Made by a program: the position numbers and the translations under genes. From Nanobdellota archaeon (GTDB taxonomy: Archaea > Nanobdellota > Nanobdellia > Pacearchaeales > GW2011-AR1), in assembly GCA_043810695.1 (NCBI GenBank), contig JBDRNV010000018.1, positions 1 to 48,464 of the forward strand: 48,464 nt of DNA, written 5' to 3'. The notes beneath the pieces were generated by a model, which did not search any database, was not told where the DNA came from, and saw only the letters and a program-made list of their open reading frames with translations. Positions 36,370 through 45,208 of the stretch are shown here, in pieces (position 1 is the stretch's first letter; each line of letters opens with the position of its first letter).

Positions 36370-36381
36370 ACGCCCCGACCG
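36370..36381 (+). repeat. Core repeat copy 4 (ACGCCCCGACCG)
   Basis: Exact 12-mer, followed by the 30-bp arm shared with copy 2. Confidence 0.9.
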
Positions 36382-36382
36382 T

Positions 36383-36412
36383 AACCAGTATAAAAGTTTA
36401 CGGGTTAGGGTT
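36383..36412 (+). repeat. 30-bp arm AACCAGTATAAAAGTTTACGGGTTAGGGTT, copy 2
   Basis: Identical to 35188-35217. Its last 2 nt overlap the methyltransferase stop codon. Confidence 0.9.
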
Positions 36413-37124
36413 ATTTTTTTAATGTCAGAAAAGTCTTATTATATCCGCTATTGTAATATTCAATAAACTTGAATTTTTTACATTTCTTAACAAAATCGTA
36501 AAAAGCTTTCTGTTCTCCTTTATTTGGATTTCCTTTAAAGGCATTCCAATCATCAAAGTGGATAATTGTCCCCTCTTGTAAGTAAGGTTCTATGAACTCA
36601 AATACTTCTTTTGCAGACTCATATAAATCACAATCTATATAAGCAACAGCTAACTTTTTGATTTTGTGTTTTTTCTTTAAGGTTTCAGAATAAAACCCTT
36701 TCACAGCAAAAACTTTATTTAAATCAATCCCATTTCCTTTAAGATTTTTCATAAAATCTTCTAAAGAACAAGAATATTCTCCCCTTTTCCATATTGCTTC
36801 TTTATCTATTCCTTTTATTTCTGGTAAGCCTTCAAAACTATCAAAAGCCCAGAAGTTCATATTTTTTATTCCAAAAAACTCTGCAAATTTGTAAGCAGCA
36901 ATAAAAGAATGTCCTTCATAAACACCAAATTCAGCATAATCTCCATCTATTTTTCCAAGATGAACAAATCCCATAATTCTCCTAAGAATTTCTTCAGAAG
37001 AGCTATAAAGGACGAGATTTCTAAGCCAGTAGATGGGTTTAGACCAACGGAATCTTACAAACGCTTTTTTTAATAATTCTTTCATTCCACGAATTAATGG
37101 AATGTTTCTTTTAAATCTTACCAC
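36411..37124 (-). CDS. Class I SAM-dependent methyltransferase, TylF/macrocin-O-methyltransferase-like
   Basis: 237 aa from GTG 37124; ATG at 37085 (M14) is an alternative start. DGDYAEFGVYEGHSF, AFDSFEGLP, YIDCDLYES and IIHFDDW match the TylF-family motifs. Confidence 0.7.
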   Translation of the reverse strand: MVRFKRNIPLIRGMKELLKKAFVRFRWSKPIYWLRNLVLYSSSEEILRRIMGFVHLGKIDGDYAEFGVYEGHSFIAAYKFAEFFGIKNMNFWAFDSFEGLPEIKGIDKEAIWKRGEYSCSLEDFMKNLKGNGIDLNKVFAVKGFYSETLKKKHKIKKLAVAYIDCDLYESAKEVFEFIEPYLQEGTIIHFDDWNAFKGNPNKGEQKAFYDFVKKCKKFKFIEYYNSGYNKTFLTLKK

Positions 37125-37135
37125 ATATTTATGGA

Positions 37136-37357
37136 ATGAAAAGAAGAGACAGCTTATCTATAAAAAAGAGAATTTTACAAGTCTTAAAAGAAAATGGTGA
37201 AATGTCTTTAGGAGAATTAGAAAGAAAAACAAACACCAATAATTTAACTATCTTATCTCATATTAAAGAGTTAGAGTTTTTTGATAGAATAGAAATAATA
37301 AAACATAAGAAAAGTGATAAAACCGGCAGACCATATACAAGTATTAAGTTAAAATAA
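37136..37357 (+). CDS. Small winged-helix (ArsR-like) DNA-binding protein
   Basis: 73 aa. KRILQVLKENGEMSLGELERKTNTNNLTILSHIKELEFFDRIE. Divergent from the methyltransferase with almost no spacer. Confidence 0.6.
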   Translation: MKRRDSLSIKKRILQVLKENGEMSLGELERKTNTNNLTILSHIKELEFFDRIEIIKHKKSDKTGRPYTSIKLK

Positions 37358-37402
37358 ATTTACTATCTTTCTTTGTTTTCTTAAACCGTATATTAAATAT
37401 CA

Positions 37403-37414
37403 ACGCCCCGACCG
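37403..37414 (+). repeat. Core repeat copy 5 (ACGCCCCGACCG)
   Basis: Exact 12-mer, 5 nt left of the 21-bp terminal inverted repeat of the integrase/R-M unit. Confidence 0.9.
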
Positions 37415-37419
37415 GACGA

Positions 37420-37440
37420 TTAGTATTACGACAACACTCT
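37420..37440 (+). repeat. Left 21-bp terminal inverted repeat
   Basis: Perfect reverse complement of 48285-48305. Confidence 0.92.
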
Positions 37441-37444
37441 GAGT

Positions 37445-37466
37445 TCGTCATTTAAATATTTGACGA
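37445..37466 (+). promoter_or_regulatory. Integrase promoter: TATA-like TTTAAATATT (37451-37460) bracketed by 6-bp inverted repeat TCGTCA/TGACGA
   Basis: The TATA centre is about 25 nt upstream of ATG 37480. The inverted repeat flanks it symmetrically and may be an operator. Confidence 0.45.
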
Positions 37467-37479
37467 GCTAAGGAGTAAT

Positions 37480-38673
37480 ATGAACAAGACACAAGACATA
37501 CATAACTACAAAAGAATTTTAGACAGACTCATCGAGAGAATAACTTTTGAAGAAAACTTTTCTAAAGCTAATAAGAATACTGCATTAAAGTTTAAGGATG
37601 AACTCTTGTCACAGAATATAGGCCTTGCTAAGACTGGACGATATTTGCAAGATATAATTTGGCTTAATAGAAATTTTGATGGAATGGATTTTGAAGAGGC
37701 AACAAAAGCAGATATTAAAAAATTAGTGGCCAAAATGAATGTCTCAGAATTAGCAGAATCTACAAAGAAGGGAATTAAGGTTATGCTTAGAAAACTTTAC
37801 AAATTTCTTCGAGGAGTTGATGGAAAAGGAAAATACCCTCCAGAAGTCAATTGGTATACACTAACAATCTCAAATAGTAACAAGAAAATTCCAGAAGAAT
37901 TGTTGACTGAAAATGAAATGGCGGATATAATAAAGTTTTGTAAGAATGATAGAGATAGAGCTTTAATGTCCTTGATGTGTGAGTCTGGTTGTAGAATAGG
38001 AGAGGCTGGTTCAATGCAAATAAAACATGTTTTATTTGAAGAATATGGGGCAAGGATTACATTAAAGGGAAAAACTGGAATGAGAAAAATATTAGTTGTT
38101 AAATCTGCACCACACCTTCGAAACTGGATAAATCTTCATTCCAATTTAGAGAATAGGGAATCTCCTCTTTGGCCAGGCCCTTCAGGAGAATGTCTTAGCT
38201 ATGCTAGGATAGTTAATATTCTCAAAGAGAGTTCAATCAAAGCAAGGATTAGAAAACGAGTCCATCCACATCTTCTAAGGCACAGCAGAGCAACTTTGAT
38301 GGCGAAAACAGCAACAGAAGCTACTATGAAACATTATTTAGGATGGACCCAAGGAAGTAACATGGCTGCAATATACATTCATTTTAGTGGAAAAGATACT
38401 GATGATGCAATTCTTCAACAGAACGGAATAATAATTAAAAAAAGTGAGACTGATTCACCAATGAAACCTAAGAAATGCTTCAGGTGCCATAGTCTCAATG
38501 GCTTTTCAGATAATTTTTGCAAGATTTGCTCTATGCCTTTAAATGAAGGAACTGCAACAAAGGTTATTGAAGAAGACTCTAAAAGACAGAAGGCAGATAA
38601 TTTAATGAATCAATTATTTAATGACCCTGAAATTCTTAACCTTATTCAGATGAAGATTTCTTCAAAAACCTAA
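37480..38673 (+). CDS. Tyrosine recombinase/integrase with C-terminal zinc ribbon
   Basis: 397 aa. Candidate catalytic residues sit in ESGCRIGEA (Arg), HPHLLRHSRAT (His-x-x-Arg), HYLGW and AAIYIH (Tyr). The C-terminal CFRCHS...CKICS is a zinc ribbon. Confidence 0.82.
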   Translation: MNKTQDIHNYKRILDRLIERITFEENFSKANKNTALKFKDELLSQNIGLAKTGRYLQDIIWLNRNFDGMDFEEATKADIKKLVAKMNVSELAESTKKGIKVMLRKLYKFLRGVDGKGKYPPEVNWYTLTISNSNKKIPEELLTENEMADIIKFCKNDRDRALMSLMCESGCRIGEAGSMQIKHVLFEEYGARITLKGKTGMRKILVVKSAPHLRNWINLHSNLENRESPLWPGPSGECLSYARIVNILKESSIKARIRKRVHPHLLRHSRATLMAKTATEATMKHYLGWTQGSNMAAIYIHFSGKDTDDAILQQNGIIIKKSETDSPMKPKKCFRCHSLNGFSDNFCKICSMPLNEGTATKVIEEDSKRQKADNLMNQLFNDPEILNLIQMKISSKT

Positions 38674-39139
38674 TTTTCCTCTTTATTTCTCCCCTTAAAT
38701 ATGTGATTTCCTCATTAAGAATTATCTTTTGATATTCTAATGATTTAAGTTTAGCTCTTAATTTTTTTATTGGAATTTTCTTCTTCCCTGTTGCTTCTTC
38801 CTCTGTTCTTCGGTATCTATTAAATTTTGCTAATGCCTGTTTGTATGCCTTACTTCCCTTGTTAGGATATTTCTTACAAATTTTTAGATATTCTATCTGA
38901 TTTTTTTGTTCATTTCCAGAAATAATCTCTAGAGAATCTTTTGCTCTAACATAATCTCCAAATAAGTTTTCAGATATTCTTTTGTTTATTAGTGTTATCG
39001 AGAAGTATCCATTTGGGACTTGTTCAACCACATCTTTATTCTTCCAATTCATATGATTAATTAATTTCTTGTTTAATGGATAGAGAACTCGGTCAGACTT
39101 AATAGTAATTCGTCTTGTTCTTGGGCGTCTTGTTCCCAT
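38642..39139 (-). CDS. Hypothetical basic protein
   Basis: 165-aa ORF convergent with the integrase (32-nt overlap). No family recognised. Confidence 0.45.
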   Translation of the reverse strand: MGTRRPRTRRITIKSDRVLYPLNKKLINHMNWKNKDVVEQVPNGYFSITLINKRISENLFGDYVRAKDSLEIISGNEQKNQIEYLKICKKYPNKGSKAYKQALAKFNRYRRTEEEATGKKKIPIKKLRAKLKSLEYQKIILNEEITYLRGEIKRKIRFLKKSSSE

Positions 39140-39164
39140 ATACGAACTTGGAAAGGGTTATTTA

Positions 39165-39180
39165 AAAACGTATACGTTTT
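39165..39180. promoter_or_regulatory. Perfect 16-bp palindrome AAAACGTATACGTTTT in a divergent intergenic region
   Basis: Lies between the divergent ORFs 38642..39139 (-) and 39301..39567 (+). Confidence 0.4.
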
Positions 39181-39300
39181 GTAGATAAAATTATAGATAC
39201 AATTCTTACTTTTGTTTGTTATGGAATGGGTAGAAAAGTTACTCGAATTAAAAAAAGAAAATGAAAAGGAGCCCTCAAAAGAGGACTCCGAACAAGACAC

Positions 39301-39567
39301 ATGGGAAAAGAATTAGAAATACTTAAAGGACGACCGGGTCTTTACTCAAGGTTCTTAGAGAGATTATTTTTTGCTTGGCATAAGATACCAATATCTTCAA
39401 GAAAAGATTATCTTCCATATCCAGAATTTAGATTAGCAATTTCTCGCAGCTTCCAAATTACTAAACAGGAAGCAATGGAAATTTTGAGAATATTTGTAGA
39501 CTTAGAATATGTAACACTTCAAAAAAGAGGAGTTAAATTAAATTTTAAGGTCATCGAAAATGAATGA
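39301..39567 (+). CDS. Small hypothetical protein, possible winged helix
   Basis: 88 aa. ITKQEAMEILRIFVDLEYVTLQKRG is wHTH-like. Overlaps the next ORF by 8 nt. Confidence 0.45.
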   Translation: MGKELEILKGRPGLYSRFLERLFFAWHKIPISSRKDYLPYPEFRLAISRSFQITKQEAMEILRIFVDLEYVTLQKRGVKLNFKVIENE

Positions 39568-40333
39568 AAAGATTCGTAAAATTTTTCGTAATCCTAAGTC
39601 TATAGCTTATCGGGCCTTTTTTTATATTGGAACTCATCAAGACGAACATTTATTGTATATTTCAATACTATCAAGACATACTAAAATAAAATATACCTCT
39701 CTCCACTATTGGATTACTAAATTTAAACAGGAGGGATTAATCAATAAACAACTAGAATTTACTTCTAGAGGGAATAAACTATTCAAATTTTTATGGGAAA
39801 TGAAGGATGTTAAATTGTTAAGAGCCCATAACATTCAAATAATTTTTTATTTATCCTCTTGTCCAGTAGAATTTGTTAAAAGGTATTCAGATAAAGTTTT
39901 TACTGTATTTACGAATAAGAAGTTTATGGGATTGAATGGAGAAGTAAAAACACCTTATGGAATTATTTCTATTATGTTTTATAGCCGAAAGAAAATTGTT
40001 TGTGTTTTAAAAGATATTTTTGGAGAAACTGACGAAGATATTTCTTCTGCTATTGCTTCTCAAGTTCCAGATGTTATTCAATTACTAGAATCTACATTTA
40101 AGGGCATTAAAGTGGAATCACATAAACCTGCAAGGATACAAACATCCCATATAGCTGTTATTAATTCTAATTTTGCAAAGAGATTTGATTTGAACAGTAT
40201 AACTTATGAAGGGAAGAATATTGCAATGGACCGTTCTCAAGGGAATGAAGAATTGGAGCTTACAAATCCACGAAATAATTTATTAGGAATTGAATTTCTT
40301 AAAAAACTGGAAGAGGGATTAGACGACCTATAA
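39560..40333 (+). CDS. Hypothetical protein with N-terminal wHTH (possible plasmid or viral replication or regulatory protein)
   Basis: 257 aa. LYISILSRHTKIKYTSLHYWITKFKQEGLINKQ is wHTH-like. The C-terminal region is unrecognised. Confidence 0.45.
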   Translation: MNEKIRKIFRNPKSIAYRAFFYIGTHQDEHLLYISILSRHTKIKYTSLHYWITKFKQEGLINKQLEFTSRGNKLFKFLWEMKDVKLLRAHNIQIIFYLSSCPVEFVKRYSDKVFTVFTNKKFMGLNGEVKTPYGIISIMFYSRKKIVCVLKDIFGETDEDISSAIASQVPDVIQLLESTFKGIKVESHKPARIQTSHIAVINSNFAKRFDLNSITYEGKNIAMDRSQGNEELELTNPRNNLLGIEFLKKLEEGLDDL

Positions 40334-40336
40334 ATA

Positions 40337-40765
40337 ATGAATAAAGTTCTTATTGATGATATGGTAAGTGAATTACAAATTAATGCAAATAAAGAAAATT
40401 CTGAAAAATCTACTGGTCCAACAGATACTTCAAAAACCAGATTTAATGCAGTAAAACATGGGATTTTTTCTAAGAAATTTGTTGAAAAATCAGACATGAA
40501 TGAATATGAGATGATTCTAGATGAAATAGTAATAGAATTTTTGCCCAAATCAATAATTGAGTTTAGAATCCTAGAAAAAATGGCAATTTCATTATGGGAA
40601 TCTCAAAAGATATTGGATACCGAACAAAAATCTAATTATACAATTAGATTTGGCGACACTTATAATCTTATTGAGACATTGCAGAGATATAAGATTGAGG
40701 CTGATAATAAATTTTATAAGGCAATTAAGATGTTGAATGCTGTCAGAAATGATTATAAATTATAA
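40337..40765 (+). CDS. Hypothetical protein
   Basis: 142-aa ORF starting 3 nt after the preceding stop. Confidence 0.45.
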   Translation: MNKVLIDDMVSELQINANKENSEKSTGPTDTSKTRFNAVKHGIFSKKFVEKSDMNEYEMILDEIVIEFLPKSIIEFRILEKMAISLWESQKILDTEQKSNYTIRFGDTYNLIETLQRYKIEADNKFYKAIKMLNAVRNDYKL

Positions 40766-40773
40766 ATTATAAA
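40753..40773 (+). repeat. Tandem heptamer (TTATAAA)x3
   Basis: Three exact copies spanning the stop codon of 40337..40765, upstream of hsdR. Confidence 0.8.
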
Positions 40774-40839
40774 TTGGGTTCGTTTCGGGATTTCAATATA
40801 TTTAGATACATTTTTTAACTTATATCAAATAATTATATT

Positions 40840-43587
40840 ATGGCTCAAAATGATAATCTTAGTGAAGCGGAGACAAGGCAACAAAAGATTGACAAGGATT
40901 TAGAAAAAGTTGGCTGGAGAAAAGAGTATATAAAAGAGGAGATTAATTCTGTTAAATCTGATTTTAGAACAAAAGAATATGCTCCATTCAATGGAAATGT
41001 GGAGAAGGGAGTGGATAGGTTTATTGACTATTTATTACTTGATGAACAAAAGAAACCCTTAGCCTTAATTGAGGCAAAGAAGACTTCTGTAAGTGTTGAG
41101 AAGGGTATGATACAGTCAAAATCTTACCAATTAGATATAGAGAAACAGATTGGAAGGAAGATTCCAATCTTCTTAACCAATGGTAAAACTTGGTATTTTA
41201 TTGATTCTGAAGATATTAAAAGAAAAGTTTTATTGCCGTTAAGTCAAAAGGACCTCACAAGAAGACAAAGTTTAGATACAAGGAAGAGAGCACCTTCAAA
41301 AGTCAAAATTAATTCAAATATTGTTGATAGGGATAGAAGTGTTTTGGCAGTTAAACAAGTCTTAGAGCACTTTGAAAAAGGACATAGAAAAGCTCTTGTA
41401 AATATGGCTACAGGAACTGGGAAGACAAGAGTTGCTATGGCAATTATTGATGGGCTTATTCAATCAGGACATGTTCAAAAAGTTTTATTTGTAGTTGATA
41501 GAATATCTCTTGCTAATCAAGCTAAAGAAAATGGATTTAAAGCATTTTTTAAGGAACCTGTTTGTGAGCTCAATTCTGAAGGATTTTCAGATTCTCAGAG
41601 ACTTTATGTTTCCACAGTTCAAACTTTAATGAGTGAAATAAAACCTCGAGGAAAATTTTATGAGAAGTTTGGAGTCGGAGCATTTGACTTAATAGTATTT
41701 GATGAGGCTCATCGTTCTTATTATGATAGAAATAATGATATTATGGAATATTTTGATGCACTTGTTATGGGCTTGACAGCAACACCATCTACTAAAGAAG
41801 AGAGAAATACTTACAAATTATTTAATTGTGAACTTGGGAAACCAACAGTAGAATATAGTTATGATGAAGCAGTAGAAGAAAAAGTTCTTGTTCCTTACGT
41901 TGCAGAGGTTATTGGAACAAAAGTTTTAACTTTAGGAATTGAAGGTGCAAAATTGAATAAAAAATTAAAGCAATCCCTTGCAGAGCAAGAAGAAAATCCT
42001 GAAGAATTAGAACTTCCCGGTTCAAGATTTGAAAAGTATTTTACTGATAGAAGAACAAATGAATTAATTCTAAAAGAATTTATGGACAGATGTTATAAAA
42101 CTCCTAATGGAACCCCATGTAAAACGTTGTTTTTTTGTGCAAGTGTGAAACATGCAGAATCATTAAAAAGATTATTTGATGAACTATACCCTTTATTAGC
42201 AAAAACAGCGAGGGTAATTACTTCTGATAGAACTAGATATATGGATGAAGTAAGGAGATTTAAAAAAGATTCTGACCCTCGGATAGTATTCTCTGTTGGA
42301 GTTCTTGATACTGGGATAGATATTCCAGAACTTTGCAATCTAGTATTTGTAAAACCAGTATTCTCTTACATTAGATTTTGGCAAATGCTTGGAAGAGGAA
42401 CTAGAAACTTTGAAACATGTAAAAATAAGTCTTGGTTATCCCATAAAGGAGATATTCCTGTAAAAGAAGATTTCTTGATATTAGATTTTATGTTTGGAAA
42501 TCATTCTAATGTAAAGGAGCATGACCTTGATAGAACAAAGGCAAGAGCGGTTACTATTAGTGCAAAAACAAAAATTTTCTTAGAACAAGTTGAATTATTA
42601 GAAAAAGGGCTCAAAGGAAAAGAAAAGGAAATCATAACTAAAGAGATTCTTGAAACTGTAAAAAATATAGATGATGAATCTCCAATGGTATTAGAGAAGA
42701 AGAATATTATTAAAAAAATTGTTTCTGCAAAATTTGATTTAGAAAAACATATTAAAGAATTAAAAGAAGAAATAGCACCTCTTCTAATATATTCTAAATC
42801 AGAAAATTCAAAAGTTTATAGTTTTGTTTTAAAATGTGTAAGGCTTTTTGATTCAATTAAAAAGAAGGATGGTGAAGCCATAGGGAAAATTCAAGACTAT
42901 GCTAAAGAACGATTAGAAAATATTTGGGGTAGTGGGCTAGAGGTTGTAAGGGAAAAGGATAAAGAAATTAAGTTAATTCTCGGAGATGACTTTTGGAGTG
43001 ATTTAACATTCGAAGATGTAGACTTCCTCATAAGAGATATTTCTCCTTTGATGATTTATTATGAAACTGACAGGAAGAAAATATTGAGAATTGATGCACC
43101 TGACACAATAATTAGTAAAGAAGAAATTAAAAAAGAAAAAAAAGAGAATCCAGATTTTGTAGAATTTCTAAATAAGAATCCTTTATTGAAAAAAATAAAA
43201 GATGGGGATGGGGTAACTTCTAAAGAACTATTAAAAATAGAAAAAAAGTTATCTGAACTTAACCCTGCATACACTATTGAAAATATCCAAAGGAGCCAAG
43301 ATTTTGTTTTATTTTTAAGGGAATTAATTGAAATTAAAGATTTACCAGACCCTCAACAAATGATTAAATGGGAATTTGATAAACACGTTGCTGATAAGAA
43401 TGAACATTATAATTCTGACCAGTTAAAATTCTTAAAGTTTCTTAGTAGAATATTTATAAGTTCAAAGCACATTGAATTGAAGAGTTTTGCAGAGCACCCT
43501 CTTACAGAAGAGAGGCCACTTGATTTATTTACTCCTAAACAGCTTAAGATTATTACTGAAAAATGTAACGAGTTAAGATGGAAATAA
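40840..43587 (+). CDS. hsdR: Type I restriction enzyme, R subunit (HsdR), with EcoEI-R-like C-terminal domain
   Basis: 915 aa. N-terminal AETRQQKIDKDLEKVGW and PD-(D/E)xK-like FIDYLLLD...ALIEAKK. Helicase motif I MATGTGKTRVA, motif II VFDEAHRS and motif III GLTATP. Confidence 0.88.
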   Translation: MAQNDNLSEAETRQQKIDKDLEKVGWRKEYIKEEINSVKSDFRTKEYAPFNGNVEKGVDRFIDYLLLDEQKKPLALIEAKKTSVSVEKGMIQSKSYQLDIEKQIGRKIPIFLTNGKTWYFIDSEDIKRKVLLPLSQKDLTRRQSLDTRKRAPSKVKINSNIVDRDRSVLAVKQVLEHFEKGHRKALVNMATGTGKTRVAMAIIDGLIQSGHVQKVLFVVDRISLANQAKENGFKAFFKEPVCELNSEGFSDSQRLYVSTVQTLMSEIKPRGKFYEKFGVGAFDLIVFDEAHRSYYDRNNDIMEYFDALVMGLTATPSTKEERNTYKLFNCELGKPTVEYSYDEAVEEKVLVPYVAEVIGTKVLTLGIEGAKLNKKLKQSLAEQEENPEELELPGSRFEKYFTDRRTNELILKEFMDRCYKTPNGTPCKTLFFCASVKHAESLKRLFDELYPLLAKTARVITSDRTRYMDEVRRFKKDSDPRIVFSVGVLDTGIDIPELCNLVFVKPVFSYIRFWQMLGRGTRNFETCKNKSWLSHKGDIPVKEDFLILDFMFGNHSNVKEHDLDRTKARAVTISAKTKIFLEQVELLEKGLKGKEKEIITKEILETVKNIDDESPMVLEKKNIIKKIVSAKFDLEKHIKELKEEIAPLLIYSKSENSKVYSFVLKCVRLFDSIKKKDGEAIGKIQDYAKERLENIWGSGLEVVREKDKEIKLILGDDFWSDLTFEDVDFLIRDISPLMIYYETDRKKILRIDAPDTIISKEEIKKEKKENPDFVEFLNKNPLLKKIKDGDGVTSKELLKIEKKLSELNPAYTIENIQRSQDFVLFLRELIEIKDLPDPQQMIKWEFDKHVADKNEHYNSDQLKFLKFLSRIFISSKHIELKSFAEHPLTEERPLDLFTPKQLKIITEKCNELRWK

Positions 43588-43647
43588 GTCTACAATTGTA
43601 GACTTGATTATAGTAAGATTTAAAAAGGATAAATATTCTAACCTTTT

Positions 43648-44040
43648 ATGCAAGACGAAATTAAACAACCAAAAGACTATGTTTCTATGTCTACAAGACT
43701 TCCCTCTGTCGATGCTGTTAAATTAAAATTTCACTGTAAAAGAAATGGGGTTTCGCCTTCAGAGTTTATTCGAGACATTGTTCATGAAAAGATGAATGAA
43801 TCACCAATCTCTCATCTTGCAGGCTCCAATAAAATTGAATATGACCTTCAAAAGGATAGTTTTGTTTGGAAGGTTGTGGGAGATGATGGTCAAAACTATG
43901 AAATAATGAAAAATATTGGCATTGAGCTTTTAGAGGATTTATCAAGAGAGATTAAATTTCAAATAAATAAGAGAAGGGATTTGATTGGAAAGAAATCAAA
44001 AGAGTCTGTAACAATACCACGGAGGTTAGTAAAAAAGTGA
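43648..44040 (+). CDS. Ribbon-helix-helix (CopG-like) protein with unknown C-terminal domain
   Basis: 130 aa. YVSMSTRLPSVDAVKLKFHCKRNGVSPSEFIRDIVHEKM has strand-helix-helix spacing. Its stop overlaps the next start (GTGA at 44037-44040). Confidence 0.55.
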   Translation: MQDEIKQPKDYVSMSTRLPSVDAVKLKFHCKRNGVSPSEFIRDIVHEKMNESPISHLAGSNKIEYDLQKDSFVWKVVGDDGQNYEIMKNIGIELLEDLSREIKFQINKRRDLIGKKSKESVTIPRRLVKK

Positions 44041-44324
44041 GTTTAGAATCAAATTTATTATTTCTTGTAATCTTTGGAATATCAGGGTATGTTGTCAACA
44101 AAATTTTTGATTTCAATCCTGCAGAATACTGGGTAAAGTTTGGAACAATAAGTATTATTGCCTCTTTAACAATTGCCTATCTTCCTACAGTTTTTAATCC
44201 GGAAGATGTCGTAAATAACGTTCTTAGGATTACAACATGGTTTACTAATATTTTGCCAGGAGTAATAATTGGGGACATTGCAGGTCAAATCGTTTCTTCA
44301 TTTACAGGAGGAAATAAGAAATGA
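44037..44324 (+). CDS. Small membrane protein (2-3 TM helices)
   Basis: 95 aa from a GTG start. Hydrophobic segments LLFLVIFGISGYVV, ISIIASLTIAYLPTVF and ILPGVIIGDIAGQIV. ATGA overlap with the next ORF. Confidence 0.5.
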   Translation: MSLESNLLFLVIFGISGYVVNKIFDFNPAEYWVKFGTISIIASLTIAYLPTVFNPEDVVNNVLRITTWFTNILPGVIIGDIAGQIVSSFTGGNKK

Positions 44325-45208
44325 ATCAATTCGAAGAGTTCGAGTTTTTAGACAGTTCTGGAAATAAAACCAAACATAATTGTGATAAATCAAAATTAGC
44401 AAATTTACATGGTGCTAATCCAAATGCACCTCAATTCTTAACTCCTGTATTTTTTGATAAAGAAGTTCTAGATAGATATTACAACAAGCCTTCAGAATAT
44501 TCTATCCAAGATGGGGCATTATTCTTCGGAATAAAATGGATGGTGAGATTAGATAATAATTCTAGAGATTGTATAACTGTCTATCTTGGGGATTTAGGAG
44601 ACTTGCCACATAAAGAACAATTACATTGGAAATTCCATAACATTACTCAAGGGTCACTTAGTAATGTATCTCTTAAAAGAGATTTTATGGCAGAATTTAC
44701 TCCGGCCCAAGAACCCTCATTAGTTTTTAAACAAAAACTTAATAATTTTAATAAAAAATGGAATGAAAAGTTTGAATGGGATTTGTTCAAACCCTTAAAT
44801 AATGAAGATGAACATCACCTAAAATCATTAAAAATTCCAAAGAATGAACAAAAAGAATTTGATGAGATTATTTTGTCTCTTAACAAAATTATTATAGATT
44901 CTTTAAACGTTGCCGAAATGAAGAAACACTTAGATTCTAAAGAAGAAGAGAAATCAATTTCAGTCCTTGAGAGATATTTAAAACAGAAATATCGACTTAG
45001 CAATATTGAGATGTTTAATTTTCTAAGAAGTTTACAAATTTTAAGGTCTAGAGGAAGTGCTCATAGAAAAGGAAGCGATTATCATGAAATTTATAAAAAA
45101 TTTGATGAGGGTGATTTTTCAAAAACTTTTGAGAAAATATTAATTAAATCTATCTGGATATTGAATACGTTGGAGAATAAAATATTGGAGAGTGGAAATG
45201 GTAAGTAA
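44321..45208 (+). CDS. Unknown protein with C-terminal Rx5H (HEPN-like) motif
   Basis: 295 aa. The helical C-terminal region contains LRSLQILRSRGSAHRKG (R242-H248, nt 45044-45064). Overlaps the hsdS start by 11-17 nt. Confidence 0.5.
   Translation: MNQFEEFEFLDSSGNKTKHNCDKSKLANLHGANPNAPQFLTPVFFDKEVLDRYYNKPSEYSIQDGALFFGIKWMVRLDNNSRDCITVYLGDLGDLPHKEQLHWKFHNITQGSLSNVSLKRDFMAEFTPAQEPSLVFKQKLNNFNKKWNEKFEWDLFKPLNNEDEHHLKSLKIPKNEQKEFDEIILSLNKIIIDSLNVAEMKKHLDSKEEEKSISVLERYLKQKYRLSNIEMFNFLRSLQILRSRGSAHRKGSDYHEIYKKFDEGDFSKTFEKILIKSIWILNTLENKILESGNGK

Noticed and set aside
39073-39300. 75-aa minus-strand ORF in the divergent intergenic region of the integrative unit
   Set aside because: It overlaps the start of 38642..39139 in another frame, covers the palindrome and promoter region, and has an S/F-rich low-complexity sequence. 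More likely non-coding.
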